DNA of 64,000 nucleotides from a virus (Duplodnaviria; Heunggongvirae; Uroviricota; Caudoviricetes), in the IMG/VR virus record IMGVR_UViG_3300011972_000167. The stretch is one strand, 5' to 3'. This document shows, one piece after another, positions 40,935 through 51,232 of the stretch. Position numbers and translations under genes: made by a program. How positions within the stretch are numbered: the first letter of the stretch is position 1; every line of letters starts with the position of its first letter. A model generated the notes under the pieces. It ran no database searches and had not been told where the DNA came from. It saw nothing but the letters and a program-made list of their open reading frames with translations.

Positions 40935-42473
40935 ATGAATGAAGTAATGGCATTTGATATAGGTACTCAAGAGTCATTAAAAAAGATATTTGCAACACTA
41001 TTGATAGACCCGAAGATAATAGGGGATGAACAGATTGCTCATACAAAGTATGAGACATATTGCAAGAGCATAGGTTTATTTCTTCATAAATTTCCAGTGA
41101 ATGTATTTTTTAATGAGTATTACTTTATATATCAGACCTTTAAGGATAGTACTATAAGGGTTTTTTCTAAAGAGCAAATAGCCAGTTTAATAGCCCAAAA
41201 TCAAGCCAGTTTACTTAGTAGTCCATTTATAGACTTAAATAAATATGGTAAGTTATTAAATGGCAGTACCTTATCTGATAGTGAAAGAGTTGAGTTATTT
41301 ACAGAGGAAATGTGTGATTTATTAGAGGAACTTACTAAGACTGTAATAACCTATGATGAATTTGAGAGTTCTTGTAATCAATATTTAATAGCTTATAGAA
41401 ATTCTTATATGTTGCAAACTTCATTAGCCATGTCAATGATAATGCAACCAGATGGATATATAGAAAGATTAAAAAATAACAGAACTAAGTTTTGGCAAGG
41501 TGAAGAGGCTTGTAATGAGTATTATACATATAGAAAATCTCATTTATCCCAATTAGATGAAGATAAGAGGGTAAGCAGTTTACTTATAGATGAGGACTAT
41601 GCTAATAAAGAAAATAATAAAGATGCTGGTGGTGAAGATGATGGAGAGGCTTTACTTGACTATGGAATTAAAGAAATAGATGAATATGCTCAAGTAATGA
41701 GAAGAAGTCACCTTATTAATATTATGGGAATTACTAAGGGTGGTAAGACAACATTCGCTACTTACTTAACGGAGCGTGCTTTGAGAAAAGGGTTAAATGT
41801 AGCTATCTGGTCTTTAGAGGGTAGTATAAAGGAAAGGCAAGCCATAATAGAAAGTTTATGTGCTTTTAACCTTGAAAAAGATAGTAGAATAGTATCAAGA
41901 AATGAGATTTTAAGTAGGTCGTACAAATCAAAAGAAAATAGGCAAGCAATAGCTAATGCCAGAACAATTATAGCTTCTCCTGAGTATGGAAAGTTAACAT
42001 ATATAACAGGTACTGCTTATGTAGAGGACTTTGAGAGTGTCTTAATAGACCACTATACAAGAGTAAATAAGTTTGATGTACTTATATTTGATAGTCCAGT
42101 GCTTATACTATCAAGATATGGAGAAGGCAAGGTTGAAAGAATAAGTGAAACAATGGTTAAGCTAAAACATGCAATATCAACTAAGTTTAATTGTTTATGT
42201 ATAATGACATCTCAAATAAAGCAAGAACATATAGATAAGCTTAGGAATAAGCCTAATGAAACAATAGATATTACAGCTGGTAGTGATAGTTCGGAAGTTA
42301 TAAAAACTCCTGATGAAGTAATAGGACTATTTAGTTCTAAGTTAGAGCGTTCAAACGGTCAGATTAAGGTAAGTAATACTGCTTCAAGACATCATGAGAC
42401 ATTTCCTGATTTTTATGTAGGTTGTGATTTAGCAATAGGTCATTTCTTTAGTAGACCGGAACTAAATGAATAG
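40935..42473 (+). CDS. DnaB-like (SF4) replicative helicase
   Basis: GITKGGKTT, WSLEG, LIFDSP, MTSQ, AGSDS...PDEVI in DnaB order. Confidence 0.75.
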   Translation: MNEVMAFDIGTQESLKKIFATLLIDPKIIGDEQIAHTKYETYCKSIGLFLHKFPVNVFFNEYYFIYQTFKDSTIRVFSKEQIASLIAQNQASLLSSPFIDLNKYGKLLNGSTLSDSERVELFTEEMCDLLEELTKTVITYDEFESSCNQYLIAYRNSYMLQTSLAMSMIMQPDGYIERLKNNRTKFWQGEEACNEYYTYRKSHLSQLDEDKRVSSLLIDEDYANKENNKDAGGEDDGEALLDYGIKEIDEYAQVMRRSHLINIMGITKGGKTTFATYLTERALRKGLNVAIWSLEGSIKERQAIIESLCAFNLEKDSRIVSRNEILSRSYKSKENRQAIANARTIIASPEYGKLTYITGTAYVEDFESVLIDHYTRVNKFDVLIFDSPVLILSRYGEGKVERISETMVKLKHAISTKFNCLCIMTSQIKQEHIDKLRNKPNETIDITAGSDSSEVIKTPDEVIGLFSSKLERSNGQIKVSNTASRHHETFPDFYVGCDLAIGHFFSRPELNE

Positions 42474-42481
42474 GAGGGCAG

Positions 42482-42685
42482 TTGATGGGTTTAACTGGTA
42501 TAATACTAGATATAGTGGCTATACTAGTAAATGGTATCATTATTAAGAATATAGCTGTTGATACTACTTATAGAATGATACCTAATATAGAAGAGAATAA
42601 TAAAATTACTTTAATATTTTTATTGTTATTTTATACTCTATGTTGTGTTGAGTTTGTGGCATTTATATTTATTTGTTTAGCATAA
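42482..42685 (+). CDS. Small membrane protein
   Basis: 67 aa, two hydrophobic segments, GGAGG SD. Confidence 0.55.
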   Translation: MMGLTGIILDIVAILVNGIIIKNIAVDTTYRMIPNIEENNKITLIFLLLFYTLCCVEFVAFIFICLA

Positions 42686-42734
42686 ATACAAAGATAATTG
42701 TTCTTGAATTTATGATAGATAAAGGGGTAAACAG

Positions 42735-42929
42735 ATGGGATTACGAAGAAAATATATAAACTTAAAGAATTATGTCGTAAGTGAGGTTATCTTAGATGAC
42801 AATAAAGAAGAGCCTAAGAGTGGAGTAAGAAAATCCTTAGATACAGAATCAGAAATAGGTTGTTTACTAGGTATTTTACTAATATTTTGGCTTTTAGCTT
42901 TAGTATTAAAGTTAATAAAGGAGCAGTAA
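42735..42929 (+). CDS. Small protein with C-terminal TM helix
   Basis: 64 aa, AAGGGG SD. Confidence 0.55.
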   Translation: MGLRRKYINLKNYVVSEVILDDNKEEPKSGVRKSLDTESEIGCLLGILLIFWLLALVLKLIKEQ

Positions 42930-42932
42930 GTT

Positions 42933-43580
42933 ATGGGAAAATTTGATTTATCTTCTAGTTTATTGAATAAGTTTGCTGATGCCGTTTGTAATGAGATAGG
43001 CAGTATGGTTTTAGATGGTGTACATTATATAAGCTTAAAAGATAGCAATGATAATAAAATTGCAATAGACAGATTAAAGAATTTGCGTATGGAATTGGAC
43101 GCAGATAAGAAAAAGCCTACTGAATTTTTAGAGATAATAAAAGTAAGTAACGGATATGTTTTTATTTTAGATAAAGAACTCACTTATTATTTATTTAAGC
43201 TTTTGATAAAAGCCAGTAACACTACCGAGTTTGATAATCTTGTAAAGACTATTCCAGAAAAGCCAGATAAGATTATAGAAAACAGTAAATTGCAATTAGC
43301 TAAGTTATGTAACTTTATATTTAATAAAAAGAAGAAAGATACTGTAGATGTGTGTTTATATAATGCTAATGATGTTGATAAGTTTAATGTAAGTGCTATA
43401 ACTAAAGATGGTGAAAGAGTTTTAGTGCAGTATAATGCTTTCAGATTAACTCAAACAGATTTAGATGATATAAATAAACTATATCTGATAAAGAAGAACA
43501 TGAGGATATCAGGTAGTCAGATTTATGAGATATTAGAAGATTGTGTACTTGTAAGATTAACTTTGGACAGTGTAGGTTAG
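42933..43580 (+). CDS. Hypothetical protein
   Basis: 215-aa ORF with AAGGAG SD. Confidence 0.7.
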   Translation: MGKFDLSSSLLNKFADAVCNEIGSMVLDGVHYISLKDSNDNKIAIDRLKNLRMELDADKKKPTEFLEIIKVSNGYVFILDKELTYYLFKLLIKASNTTEFDNLVKTIPEKPDKIIENSKLQLAKLCNFIFNKKKKDTVDVCLYNANDVDKFNVSAITKDGERVLVQYNAFRLTQTDLDDINKLYLIKKNMRISGSQIYEILEDCVLVRLTLDSVG

Positions 43581-43582
43581 AT

Positions 43583-44527
43583 ATGATAGATAAAATTCAA
43601 GTAGTAACTATATTAAATAATAAAGAAAGTTTATTAGAGATAGATAAAAATAAGTTATTTACGATAAAGAGAGATTTAATACTAGGTATAGATGGAAGTA
43701 CAACAAATACAGGTATAGGTTTAATAGATTATGTTAATGGCAGTGTTTTAGGTTCTATATCTTTAACAAGAGAGCAATCTGAATCAGCTGTAAGATATAA
43801 AGTAAGATTTAAGGAGTACATGGTAGATTTACTAAGTAACCTTAATATAAAAATAATATTTTATGAACAGCCATTTATAAATTCTAATTTTCCAGATACA
43901 GTAAGGGCTTTGTTTATGTTAAGAAGTTCAATAGATGAGATTAAAATAGAGCAAGAACCTAAGTTTGACACTGTAGAACACATAGAAGTTCCTAATACTA
44001 AGTGGAAAAGTGCGTTATTGCCATCTAAATTACCAAGTGGAACTGAAGCTCAAAAGAAAGCAGTAAGAGATTATATTTTGAATACATTACCAATATTGTC
44101 AGGTTTATCAGAGGATGAATATGATGGAATAGGACTAGGCATAGCAGGCTACAAGACAATGAGAGGTGGAGATGCTTCAGACTTAGGTGTAAGTAAGAAA
44201 GCAAAGCCTTTCAAGTATAAGGTAAAATTCATAGGAGCAGATGATGATGAAGATTTTTTAGAGGAGTATTCCTATGAAGTAAAGAATTATAAAATACCAG
44301 CTGTAGTACTTGATAATGGTGCATTATTATGTGGTATCAGTGGAAAAGGTTTATTTAATAATTATGTTTATAAGGAGATGGGAGATAATGATATGCTCCT
44401 TATTCTAAGGTTTTCTAGTAAACATCATTCCAGTGTTGTATTAGAACATAGGTTAGCTAATTTAACTCATTATAAGTATATTTATGCTATTATTTGGAGA
44501 AAATACAGACATATATCTAGGAGGTAA
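43583..44527 (+). CDS. RuvC-like Holliday junction resolvase with C-terminal extension
   Basis: ILGIDGSTTNTG, IFYEQP, VPNTKWK, DEYDGIGLG. Confidence 0.75.
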   Translation: MIDKIQVVTILNNKESLLEIDKNKLFTIKRDLILGIDGSTTNTGIGLIDYVNGSVLGSISLTREQSESAVRYKVRFKEYMVDLLSNLNIKIIFYEQPFINSNFPDTVRALFMLRSSIDEIKIEQEPKFDTVEHIEVPNTKWKSALLPSKLPSGTEAQKKAVRDYILNTLPILSGLSEDEYDGIGLGIAGYKTMRGGDASDLGVSKKAKPFKYKVKFIGADDDEDFLEEYSYEVKNYKIPAVVLDNGALLCGISGKGLFNNYVYKEMGDNDMLLILRFSSKHHSSVVLEHRLANLTHYKYIYAIIWRKYRHISRR

Positions 44528-44531
44528 AACA

Positions 44532-45026
44532 ATGGCTATTTGTAAAATATGCGGTAAAGAGATATCAGATAATACTAACGGTATTTGTGAGGATTGCTTA
44601 AAGCTTGTAGATAATTCTGATAATATTTCTGTTTATGAGGATGTATCTGATGACAGTTATATTTGGGAGAATTATGATAATTACAGTAATTCAGGCTATT
44701 CATTACAAAAAAGTTCAGATGATATTCCATACACTGACTCTGGAGATATTAACATAGTAGATGATGTAAGTAATATCATAGATGACTTAAACAACGATGA
44801 GGATGGCAGTGATTTTTATAATGATATTAAGGGTACTTCTAAAAAATACAGGGATTTCAGGGTTGATATAGCTAATAACAAAAAACATTCAGATGATTAT
44901 AATAAGTTAATGGAATTTTATAAAGATGACATAGAGAATGGATTATACCATATAGGATTAGCTGATGAAATTACTGAAGATACTATTGTAGTAGATGCGA
45001 GCAGAGGTGTTGTTATTTATGAATAG
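44532..45026 (+). CDS. Acidic protein with N-terminal zinc finger
   Basis: CKIC...CEDC; GGAGGT SD before ATG 44532. Confidence 0.65.
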   Translation: MAICKICGKEISDNTNGICEDCLKLVDNSDNISVYEDVSDDSYIWENYDNYSNSGYSLQKSSDDIPYTDSGDINIVDDVSNIIDDLNNDEDGSDFYNDIKGTSKKYRDFRVDIANNKKHSDDYNKLMEFYKDDIENGLYHIGLADEITEDTIVVDASRGVVIYE

Positions 45027-46236
45027 CGGAGATGATAAAGATATGTATAGTAGGGATGACTTAGAACTTTTGAATAGGTTAGGTTTTGGTTCTGATGTAA
45101 GCAAGTTAGAGAAGTATGTTGAGTCTTTACAGGATTACGCTTCTACTGGAGAACCTATAGTAAGTGATGATATTTATGATACGCATATAAAATTATTAAG
45201 TAAATTAAAGCCTGACAGCTTATTACTAAAGAGAAATTGGGAAAGCTATGAGGATGATTTAGACAACAGTGATATTCTTTTAGATAAATTCGGGATGAGA
45301 AGTATAAGGACTATAAAGGATATTTCCGAATTAAATTATTTTGTAAGAGATATCTTAAAGTCCAGTGATTTAAGAGTTGTAGCTACCACAAAGCTAAACG
45401 GACATGCTGTTAGGGCAGTTTATGAGAAAGGATACTTAATATCAGGTTCTACTCGTGGAAGATATAAAAAGGGAAGAGATATAACAAGACATTTGAAACA
45501 GTTGTTACCTAATTATATCAAAGAATGGAGTTCTGAACCTTTAGTAGAAGTAAGAGGAGAGTTATTAGTCAGTTATAAGAATTTTGAAAAAGTAAGACAT
45601 ATATTAAAAACTCCATTAAGTTCTGTTACTTCTTTTATTAAAGAGTCAGCAACTAATGAAGAGATAGGTTTACTTGATGTATTATGTTATAAGATAATAA
45701 AATTAAGGGATTTTGGTAACGGATATGATTGTTTGTCTACTGAAATACTGGAACTTGGCAAGTTAGGGTTTAAGACTCCAGTTTATAAAGTAAGGACAGT
45801 TATAAATCAAGATAATTTTTATTCAGAAATGGAAAGGTTGATTAGTGCTTTTAACAGTAAAAAAAGCAGTTTAGATTATGATACAGATGGCATAGTAGTT
45901 TGTATAGATGACAATGATATTTTTTATAAGTTAGGATTAGACGGAAATACTTTTTTAGGTAACTTTGCATTAAAGATTGGTTCAGAATATGGAACTAAAG
46001 TTTATCAGAGTATAATAAAAGACATTGAGTGGGTTCATGGTAAAACTTATATAACTCCAAAGGCTCTTATAGAACCTACTAGAACAGCTAACGGAGCAGT
46101 TGTAAGTGTTGTTCCTCTATATAATGTAGGAATGATGGAGAAGTTAAGAGCAATACCTAATGAAAGTATTTATTTTACTTTTGGAGGAGAAACTGGTGTA
46201 AGCCTTTGTGATTCAATGGGTAACAAAATAAGTTAG
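45019..46236 (+). CDS. ligA: NAD-dependent DNA ligase, N-terminal half (Ia + adenylation + OB)
   Basis: EPIVSDDIYD, motif I KLNG, STRG, GRDIT, EVRGE, DGIVV, FALK, TPKALIEP; ends after the OB fold. Confidence 0.85.
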   Translation: MNSGDDKDMYSRDDLELLNRLGFGSDVSKLEKYVESLQDYASTGEPIVSDDIYDTHIKLLSKLKPDSLLLKRNWESYEDDLDNSDILLDKFGMRSIRTIKDISELNYFVRDILKSSDLRVVATTKLNGHAVRAVYEKGYLISGSTRGRYKKGRDITRHLKQLLPNYIKEWSSEPLVEVRGELLVSYKNFEKVRHILKTPLSSVTSFIKESATNEEIGLLDVLCYKIIKLRDFGNGYDCLSTEILELGKLGFKTPVYKVRTVINQDNFYSEMERLISAFNSKKSSLDYDTDGIVVCIDDNDIFYKLGLDGNTFLGNFALKIGSEYGTKVYQSIIKDIEWVHGKTYITPKALIEPTRTANGAVVSVVPLYNVGMMEKLRAIPNESIYFTFGGETGVSLCDSMGNKIS

Positions 46237-46324
46237 ATTTTATAAACCTGTATTTGTTATAAATGTAAGTAAATTGGAATAATGTATTTATTTTTATAAC
46301 AAGTGTATGGAGGTGGATAACCTA

Positions 46325-48019
46325 ATGGGTTTAGAAATTAATGTAGATGATTTAAGCTATACAGATGATGATAGGTTAGTGGATAAAGATGGTAGAGAAG
46401 TTATCATGGATGGTGATGGCAACCTGTATTATGCAGATGAAACTAATCAATCTGATACAGAGATAAGTATAGCTGACTTACAATCACAGGAGATAAATAA
46501 CAGTCCAGATAGTTTATTAGAGAATACTGATGAATTAGTAAACATTTTTGATTCAGGCAGTACAGCTAGTGCAGATGATACAGAAGATACTGATGATATA
46601 TTAAGTACATCTAATTTAGATGATATGAATTATACAGGTTACAGTTCAGACTCTGAGGATACTGTTTTAGAAAGAGAGTCAGAAAGTAATAACATTCAAG
46701 AAGAGAACTCGAGCAGTAATAATACTAGCATAGCTACAGTTACTTCCAATGATTTTATAGATGACAGTGGAAATATAGTTGTAATGAGTTCTGGTGGTGG
46801 AGAAAATACTTTTGACATCGAGATTGTTAATTATAAAAATATAGCTGTACCTAGCAGAATAAGGAGCGGTAGAAATGTAGAGGATTTAGTTAAAAGTATC
46901 AAAGGAACTGGATTACTTAATCCAATAGTAGTAGCCCCTTTGATTACCTCTGGTAAATATGTTTTAATAGATGGTTATAGGCGTTTATTAGCTTGTGTAA
47001 AGTGTGGTATTACTGATATACCTGTTGTTGTAAATAACAGAATTAAGACTACTGAAGTTCCTGTATTAGAGGCTTTATATAACAGAAGTAAAAAATATAC
47101 CATGAAAGATATGGTAGATTATATAAATTACCTTGAGAAAGAAAAGGGAATAACCAATCCAACTACTATAGAGTACCTATTAGATTTAGATAGTGGAGAT
47201 TACAGTAAGTTAAAAGATATTATACTAGATAATGATCCTGATATAGTAGAAAAGTTATTACTAGGTCAGATGACAATCCAACAAGCTTTTAAGGCTCTTG
47301 AGAAAAGGCGTTCAAAGGAAAGTAAAGAGGAAAAAGACCTTAAGATGGCTTCCAATGTTTATTCTGATACAGAAGAGTCTGGGATAGATAGTATAGAAGC
47401 TGTAGGAGAGTTAGGAGATGAGGGTTCTGCTCTTACAGATGAGCAAGTAGAGAGTATAGGAACTGACTTAAGTAAGATAGATGATGACATAGAGGATAAA
47501 TCACTTGATGAAATGGTAGAAGAAAGTAATTCTACTGCTGGATTTGAGCCACATCAGCAAAAAGTAGGGGAAAGAGAGTATATAGACCCTATAATTAAAA
47601 AGACAGTCTTTGCCAGAGATAATTTCACTTGTAAGTGCTGTTTAGAGGGTGGTGAAAGCTATGTAGATGTTATGGACTTTCACCATGTATTGCCAGTTTA
47701 TTTGGGAGGTAAGGATACTCCTGATAATGGTGTAACACTTTGTGTTAAGTGTCATAGATTTGTTCACTTATGGAGTACAGGAGATTTACATTTACCTAAA
47801 GAAAAAACCGACTTAGAATTATCTGAACTTAGTGAAGAAGATAAATTTAAGTATAAAGCAGAGCAAGCTAAGTTTAAGAAGATAGTGTTTATAGGTAATA
47901 AAATAAGACAGGCTATGGCTCAAAGGGGAATAAACCGAGAGCAGTTTAAGAAAGAGCACAGTAATGCTGGCATAGGAAGAAGAAAACCAGGAGTTAATGC
48001 TCCTCAAGAAAAAGGTTAA
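46325..48019 (+). CDS. ParB-like domain fused to HNH endonuclease
   Basis: LVKSIKGTGLLNPIVV, LIDGYRR; C-terminal RDNFTCKCC, FHHVLP...GG...DNGVTLCVKCH; acidic N-terminus. Confidence 0.85.
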   Translation: MGLEINVDDLSYTDDDRLVDKDGREVIMDGDGNLYYADETNQSDTEISIADLQSQEINNSPDSLLENTDELVNIFDSGSTASADDTEDTDDILSTSNLDDMNYTGYSSDSEDTVLERESESNNIQEENSSSNNTSIATVTSNDFIDDSGNIVVMSSGGGENTFDIEIVNYKNIAVPSRIRSGRNVEDLVKSIKGTGLLNPIVVAPLITSGKYVLIDGYRRLLACVKCGITDIPVVVNNRIKTTEVPVLEALYNRSKKYTMKDMVDYINYLEKEKGITNPTTIEYLLDLDSGDYSKLKDIILDNDPDIVEKLLLGQMTIQQAFKALEKRRSKESKEEKDLKMASNVYSDTEESGIDSIEAVGELGDEGSALTDEQVESIGTDLSKIDDDIEDKSLDEMVEESNSTAGFEPHQQKVGEREYIDPIIKKTVFARDNFTCKCCLEGGESYVDVMDFHHVLPVYLGGKDTPDNGVTLCVKCHRFVHLWSTGDLHLPKEKTDLELSELSEEDKFKYKAEQAKFKKIVFIGNKIRQAMAQRGINREQFKKEHSNAGIGRRKPGVNAPQEKG

Positions 48020-48046
48020 TCATTCAATAGAGGGGGATTAAATCAA

Positions 48047-48541
48047 ATGTATTTCAGTGATAGAATATTTAATGAAAGTGTGCTAGAAAAATTATTATAC
48101 TTGTTAGGGTTTATGGTTGTTGTATATTGCTGTATAAATACTGGTTTTAGCTATCTTATTTTAATTATGGGATACATAATAGTTGCGGTTAAAAAGCGTT
48201 TAAGTGTAAGTTCTGTAGGTTTCAGCTATTGTTTGTTTTTAATGCTTACAGGATTAAACTTTGATACAAAGTTTATGACTATTATAGCTATAATATTCAG
48301 CTTAGTATACCCTTTATATGATAGAAAAAACCTAAAGTATTTTGTTGTAGTTTTTATTCTTTATATAGGGTTTGCCTTTATAGACATAGGATATCTTAAT
48401 TTCAAAGCTAATACTATAAAAGAATTAGATGTAAAAGAAAAGCAATTTGAAATGATAAAAGAACATTGGACTGAGGATAGTTTCTATAAACAAGCTTTAG
48501 AAAATACTGATATTAGCAGTTTTAAGCTAATTAAGCAATAA
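48047..48541 (+). CDS. Multi-pass membrane protein
   Basis: Several hydrophobic segments. Confidence 0.65.
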   Translation: MYFSDRIFNESVLEKLLYLLGFMVVVYCCINTGFSYLILIMGYIIVAVKKRLSVSSVGFSYCLFLMLTGLNFDTKFMTIIAIIFSLVYPLYDRKNLKYFVVVFILYIGFAFIDIGYLNFKANTIKELDVKEKQFEMIKEHWTEDSFYKQALENTDISSFKLIKQ

Positions 48542-48582
48542 AGTAGTTTACAGAAATTATAGTATTAAGGGAGGCTCGGAGG

Positions 48583-49917
48583 ATGTTATCAAACAAAGTC
48601 ATAATAGAAGAATATACTGTAGTAAAAGACAAACTGACTGGTTTATGTGGAGTTAATCGTATAAGAAAAGATGGTACTCAAAGTGAGGTGTTACCAAAAG
48701 TTTATAGGGATGTAGTATTTGCTTGTAGCTACGGTAAAAAATACTTTGCCATTAAGGATATTGAAACTATAGATGGGTATACAATATTTAATTACAGCAG
48801 AACAGTTAGTATAGATTCTGTGGTAGACATAAGATTTTTAGAAAGGGCTATTTGGGTAAGAAAGTTAGCAACTACGGGTAAATATAAATGGAATTTATTA
48901 GATGAAAAATTACAAGTAAAGCAATCTACTCCTGATTTTTTACTTCCTGTTTTTGGAGAGAATTGGCATATATGCAGAAGAGTAGGTTCAGTAGCTGTAG
49001 AAACTGTTTCTTTAAGAGACGAGCCTGATACAAAATATAATATCAACTTAGAGAGTGGGGAGTATTCAGAGATTTTGTCCTCATATCATAAAGTGAAAGA
49101 AATTAAAGAAGTAACTGCTTATGATATAAAGGTCATTGACAATAAGATTATTTCTAAAGACAGTAACGGAAAAGAAAAAGTAATAGCTACAGTACATGAT
49201 TTTTCTTTAATAGAGCCAATAATAAGTGCATTGTTAAATACAGAACCAAGAGAAAGTGAATCAGAGAAAGTTTATGAGAATATAAATAAAGCTTTGGCTG
49301 AGGAATTTATAAAAGCTATATCAACTATTAAGACAGGAGATGTAGGACATCATATAACTTATTTAGCTCTTTATGTAGGTAAGGTTTATAATATAAGCAT
49401 AGGAACTATTGAGTTTCTAATAGCTATGAACAAAGAACTTAGTTCAGGATATACTAAACTTAATTCTTATGAGTCATCTGGTGATATCTGGGAATTTGGT
49501 GTTAAGCTCTATAAAATAGAAGATGAGTTGATAATACTTATTAAGTTATTTAATGATAAATATATTGGAAGAGTTAATTTCGATATAACTGATAAAGGAG
49601 TTGAAATAACAAGTAATAAGTATGAATCACTTAAGATAGACAATTTTGAAGTTATTAAGCCTATTGAAAATTTAGATAATATTTCAAATACTGCTTTACC
49701 AATTCCTGATAACATAAAAAATCAGAATGGTTTAATTAAGACTATAGAAAGTTTCAGTTATCTTTTTGGAGATAGGGTAGTAGCTGAGGTAAAAGACCAA
49801 AAAATCAGTTTAGACATCTATTTTAATTTTATGTATGAGCCTAAGGAAAATAAGAGAAAGAAAGGAAAGGTATACTCTGTGGCTACTTATAATAATGCAG
49901 TAAGAGTAGTGGGTTAA
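48583..49917 (+). CDS. Hypothetical protein
   Basis: 444-aa ORF with GGAGG SD. Confidence 0.7.
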   Translation: MLSNKVIIEEYTVVKDKLTGLCGVNRIRKDGTQSEVLPKVYRDVVFACSYGKKYFAIKDIETIDGYTIFNYSRTVSIDSVVDIRFLERAIWVRKLATTGKYKWNLLDEKLQVKQSTPDFLLPVFGENWHICRRVGSVAVETVSLRDEPDTKYNINLESGEYSEILSSYHKVKEIKEVTAYDIKVIDNKIISKDSNGKEKVIATVHDFSLIEPIISALLNTEPRESESEKVYENINKALAEEFIKAISTIKTGDVGHHITYLALYVGKVYNISIGTIEFLIAMNKELSSGYTKLNSYESSGDIWEFGVKLYKIEDELIILIKLFNDKYIGRVNFDITDKGVEITSNKYESLKIDNFEVIKPIENLDNISNTALPIPDNIKNQNGLIKTIESFSYLFGDRVVAEVKDQKISLDIYFNFMYEPKENKRKKGKVYSVATYNNAVRVVG

Positions 49918-49921
49918 TAAA

Positions 49922-50785
49922 ATGATAACATATCAAGATGTTATAGCTAATGATTTAATAGATAGTGATGTTTTAGAGTATATTCCAAGGCATTGCGAAT
50001 GTGGTGGAGATATTGAGTTTACTGAAAGTCTTAAGCAGATAGCTTGTAATAATCCTTTATGCTATTATAAGATAGCTTCAAGATTAGAGAGTATGTGTAA
50101 AACTCTTAAGGTAGATGGTTTTGGTGAAAGTAGTTGCATAAAGATTTGTAAGGATTTCAAGTTAAAGAGTCCATTTCAGGTATTCTTACTTGCTGGTAAG
50201 AGTTTAGATGGTGTAGCAGCTTTCACATCAAAAATAGATAGTTTACTAGAGGCATTAAAGCAACCTATGGAGTTGTGGGAAATGGTAAACTTATGTAACA
50301 TACCAAGTATAGATAGTTTAGCTTATAAATTGTTTGGAAAGTATAGTACAATAGAAGAGGCTTATAAAGATTTTGAAGATTTACAAGTACCCTATATAGC
50401 AAGTTTATTAGGACATTCTAATGGTGTTATGTCAGCTAACATTTATAATTTACTTATTAAGTATAAAGCTGAATTAATGTATGGAGAAAGTAAGTGCAAT
50501 ATTAAAAAGTTGAATATACCTAAAATTGTTATTGCAATATCTGAAACTCCAGAGGGATTTGGTACAAAGTCCAGTTATGTTAATAGGTTAAATGAGATAT
50601 TGGATGGTAAAGCTTCTATATTATTAAGTCAAACTGTTAATAAATCTATAAGTTATTTAGTTTGCAATCCAACTACTACAACAAGTAAGGTTAGAAAGGC
50701 AAATGCCTTGATAGAAAATGGGGCGGATATAGAGATAGTGGACAGTGATGAATTAATTGATATACTTTCAAATGAATTTGCATAA
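49922..50785 (+). CDS. NAD-dependent DNA ligase C-terminal half (Zn finger + HhH + BRCT)
   Basis: PRHCECG...CNNPLC, HhH-like VDGFGES and NIPSID, BRCT-like TVNKSISYLVC...SKVRKA...IEIV. Confidence 0.8.
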   Translation: MITYQDVIANDLIDSDVLEYIPRHCECGGDIEFTESLKQIACNNPLCYYKIASRLESMCKTLKVDGFGESSCIKICKDFKLKSPFQVFLLAGKSLDGVAAFTSKIDSLLEALKQPMELWEMVNLCNIPSIDSLAYKLFGKYSTIEEAYKDFEDLQVPYIASLLGHSNGVMSANIYNLLIKYKAELMYGESKCNIKKLNIPKIVIAISETPEGFGTKSSYVNRLNEILDGKASILLSQTVNKSISYLVCNPTTTTSKVRKANALIENGADIEIVDSDELIDILSNEFA

Positions 50786-50793
50786 ACACTAAT

Positions 50794-50822
50794 TTGACAA
50801 AGTAAATATTTTATGGTATAAT
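50794..50822 (+). promoter_or_regulatory. Consensus sigmaA promoter
   Basis: TTGACA-17 bp-TATAAT with extended -10 TG. Confidence 0.85.
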
Positions 50823-50856
50823 ATAAGTATCCTTAAAGTATTTACTTTTTATACAG

Positions 50857-50887
50857 AGCCAGTGGTGTGCAACCATTGGCTTTTTTA
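50857..50887 (+). terminator. Intrinsic terminator about 30 nt after the predicted TSS
   Basis: AGCCAGTGGT-GTGCA-ACCATTGGCT + T tract. Confidence 0.75.
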
Positions 50888-50899
50888 TTGGAGGAAATA

Positions 50900-51229
50900 A
50901 TGGTTTCTGTAGTTATAGTTGATATAACAGCTTTAATTTTTATAAAGCTGTTGAATGTTTTTGGAAAAGATGTATATAAAAGTAAATTAAATTACTGTAT
51001 GTCTGTGTTTTTATTTTTAAGTACACATATAATAATTTCTTCAAGAATGATAGATACATATAAGACAGTGGAAAGCAAGTTTATAATGTTGCTCATAAGT
51101 TTGTTTATAGGTGTTTTATATTTTATAGCAGGTGGATTTATAATTAATATTAAAAAAGTTAAGACTATATTATTTTGTGAAGCGGTTCAAATAGTAATGT
51201 TAGTGATATTAACATATATAAGGTTGTAG
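50900..51229 (+). CDS. Four-helix membrane protein
   Basis: Start moved to ATG 50900 (GGAGG SD); four hydrophobic segments. Confidence 0.65.
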   Translation: MVSVVIVDITALIFIKLLNVFGKDVYKSKLNYCMSVFLFLSTHIIISSRMIDTYKTVESKFIMLLISLFIGVLYFIAGGFIINIKKVKTILFCEAVQIVMLVILTYIRL

Positions 51230-51232
51230 ATT

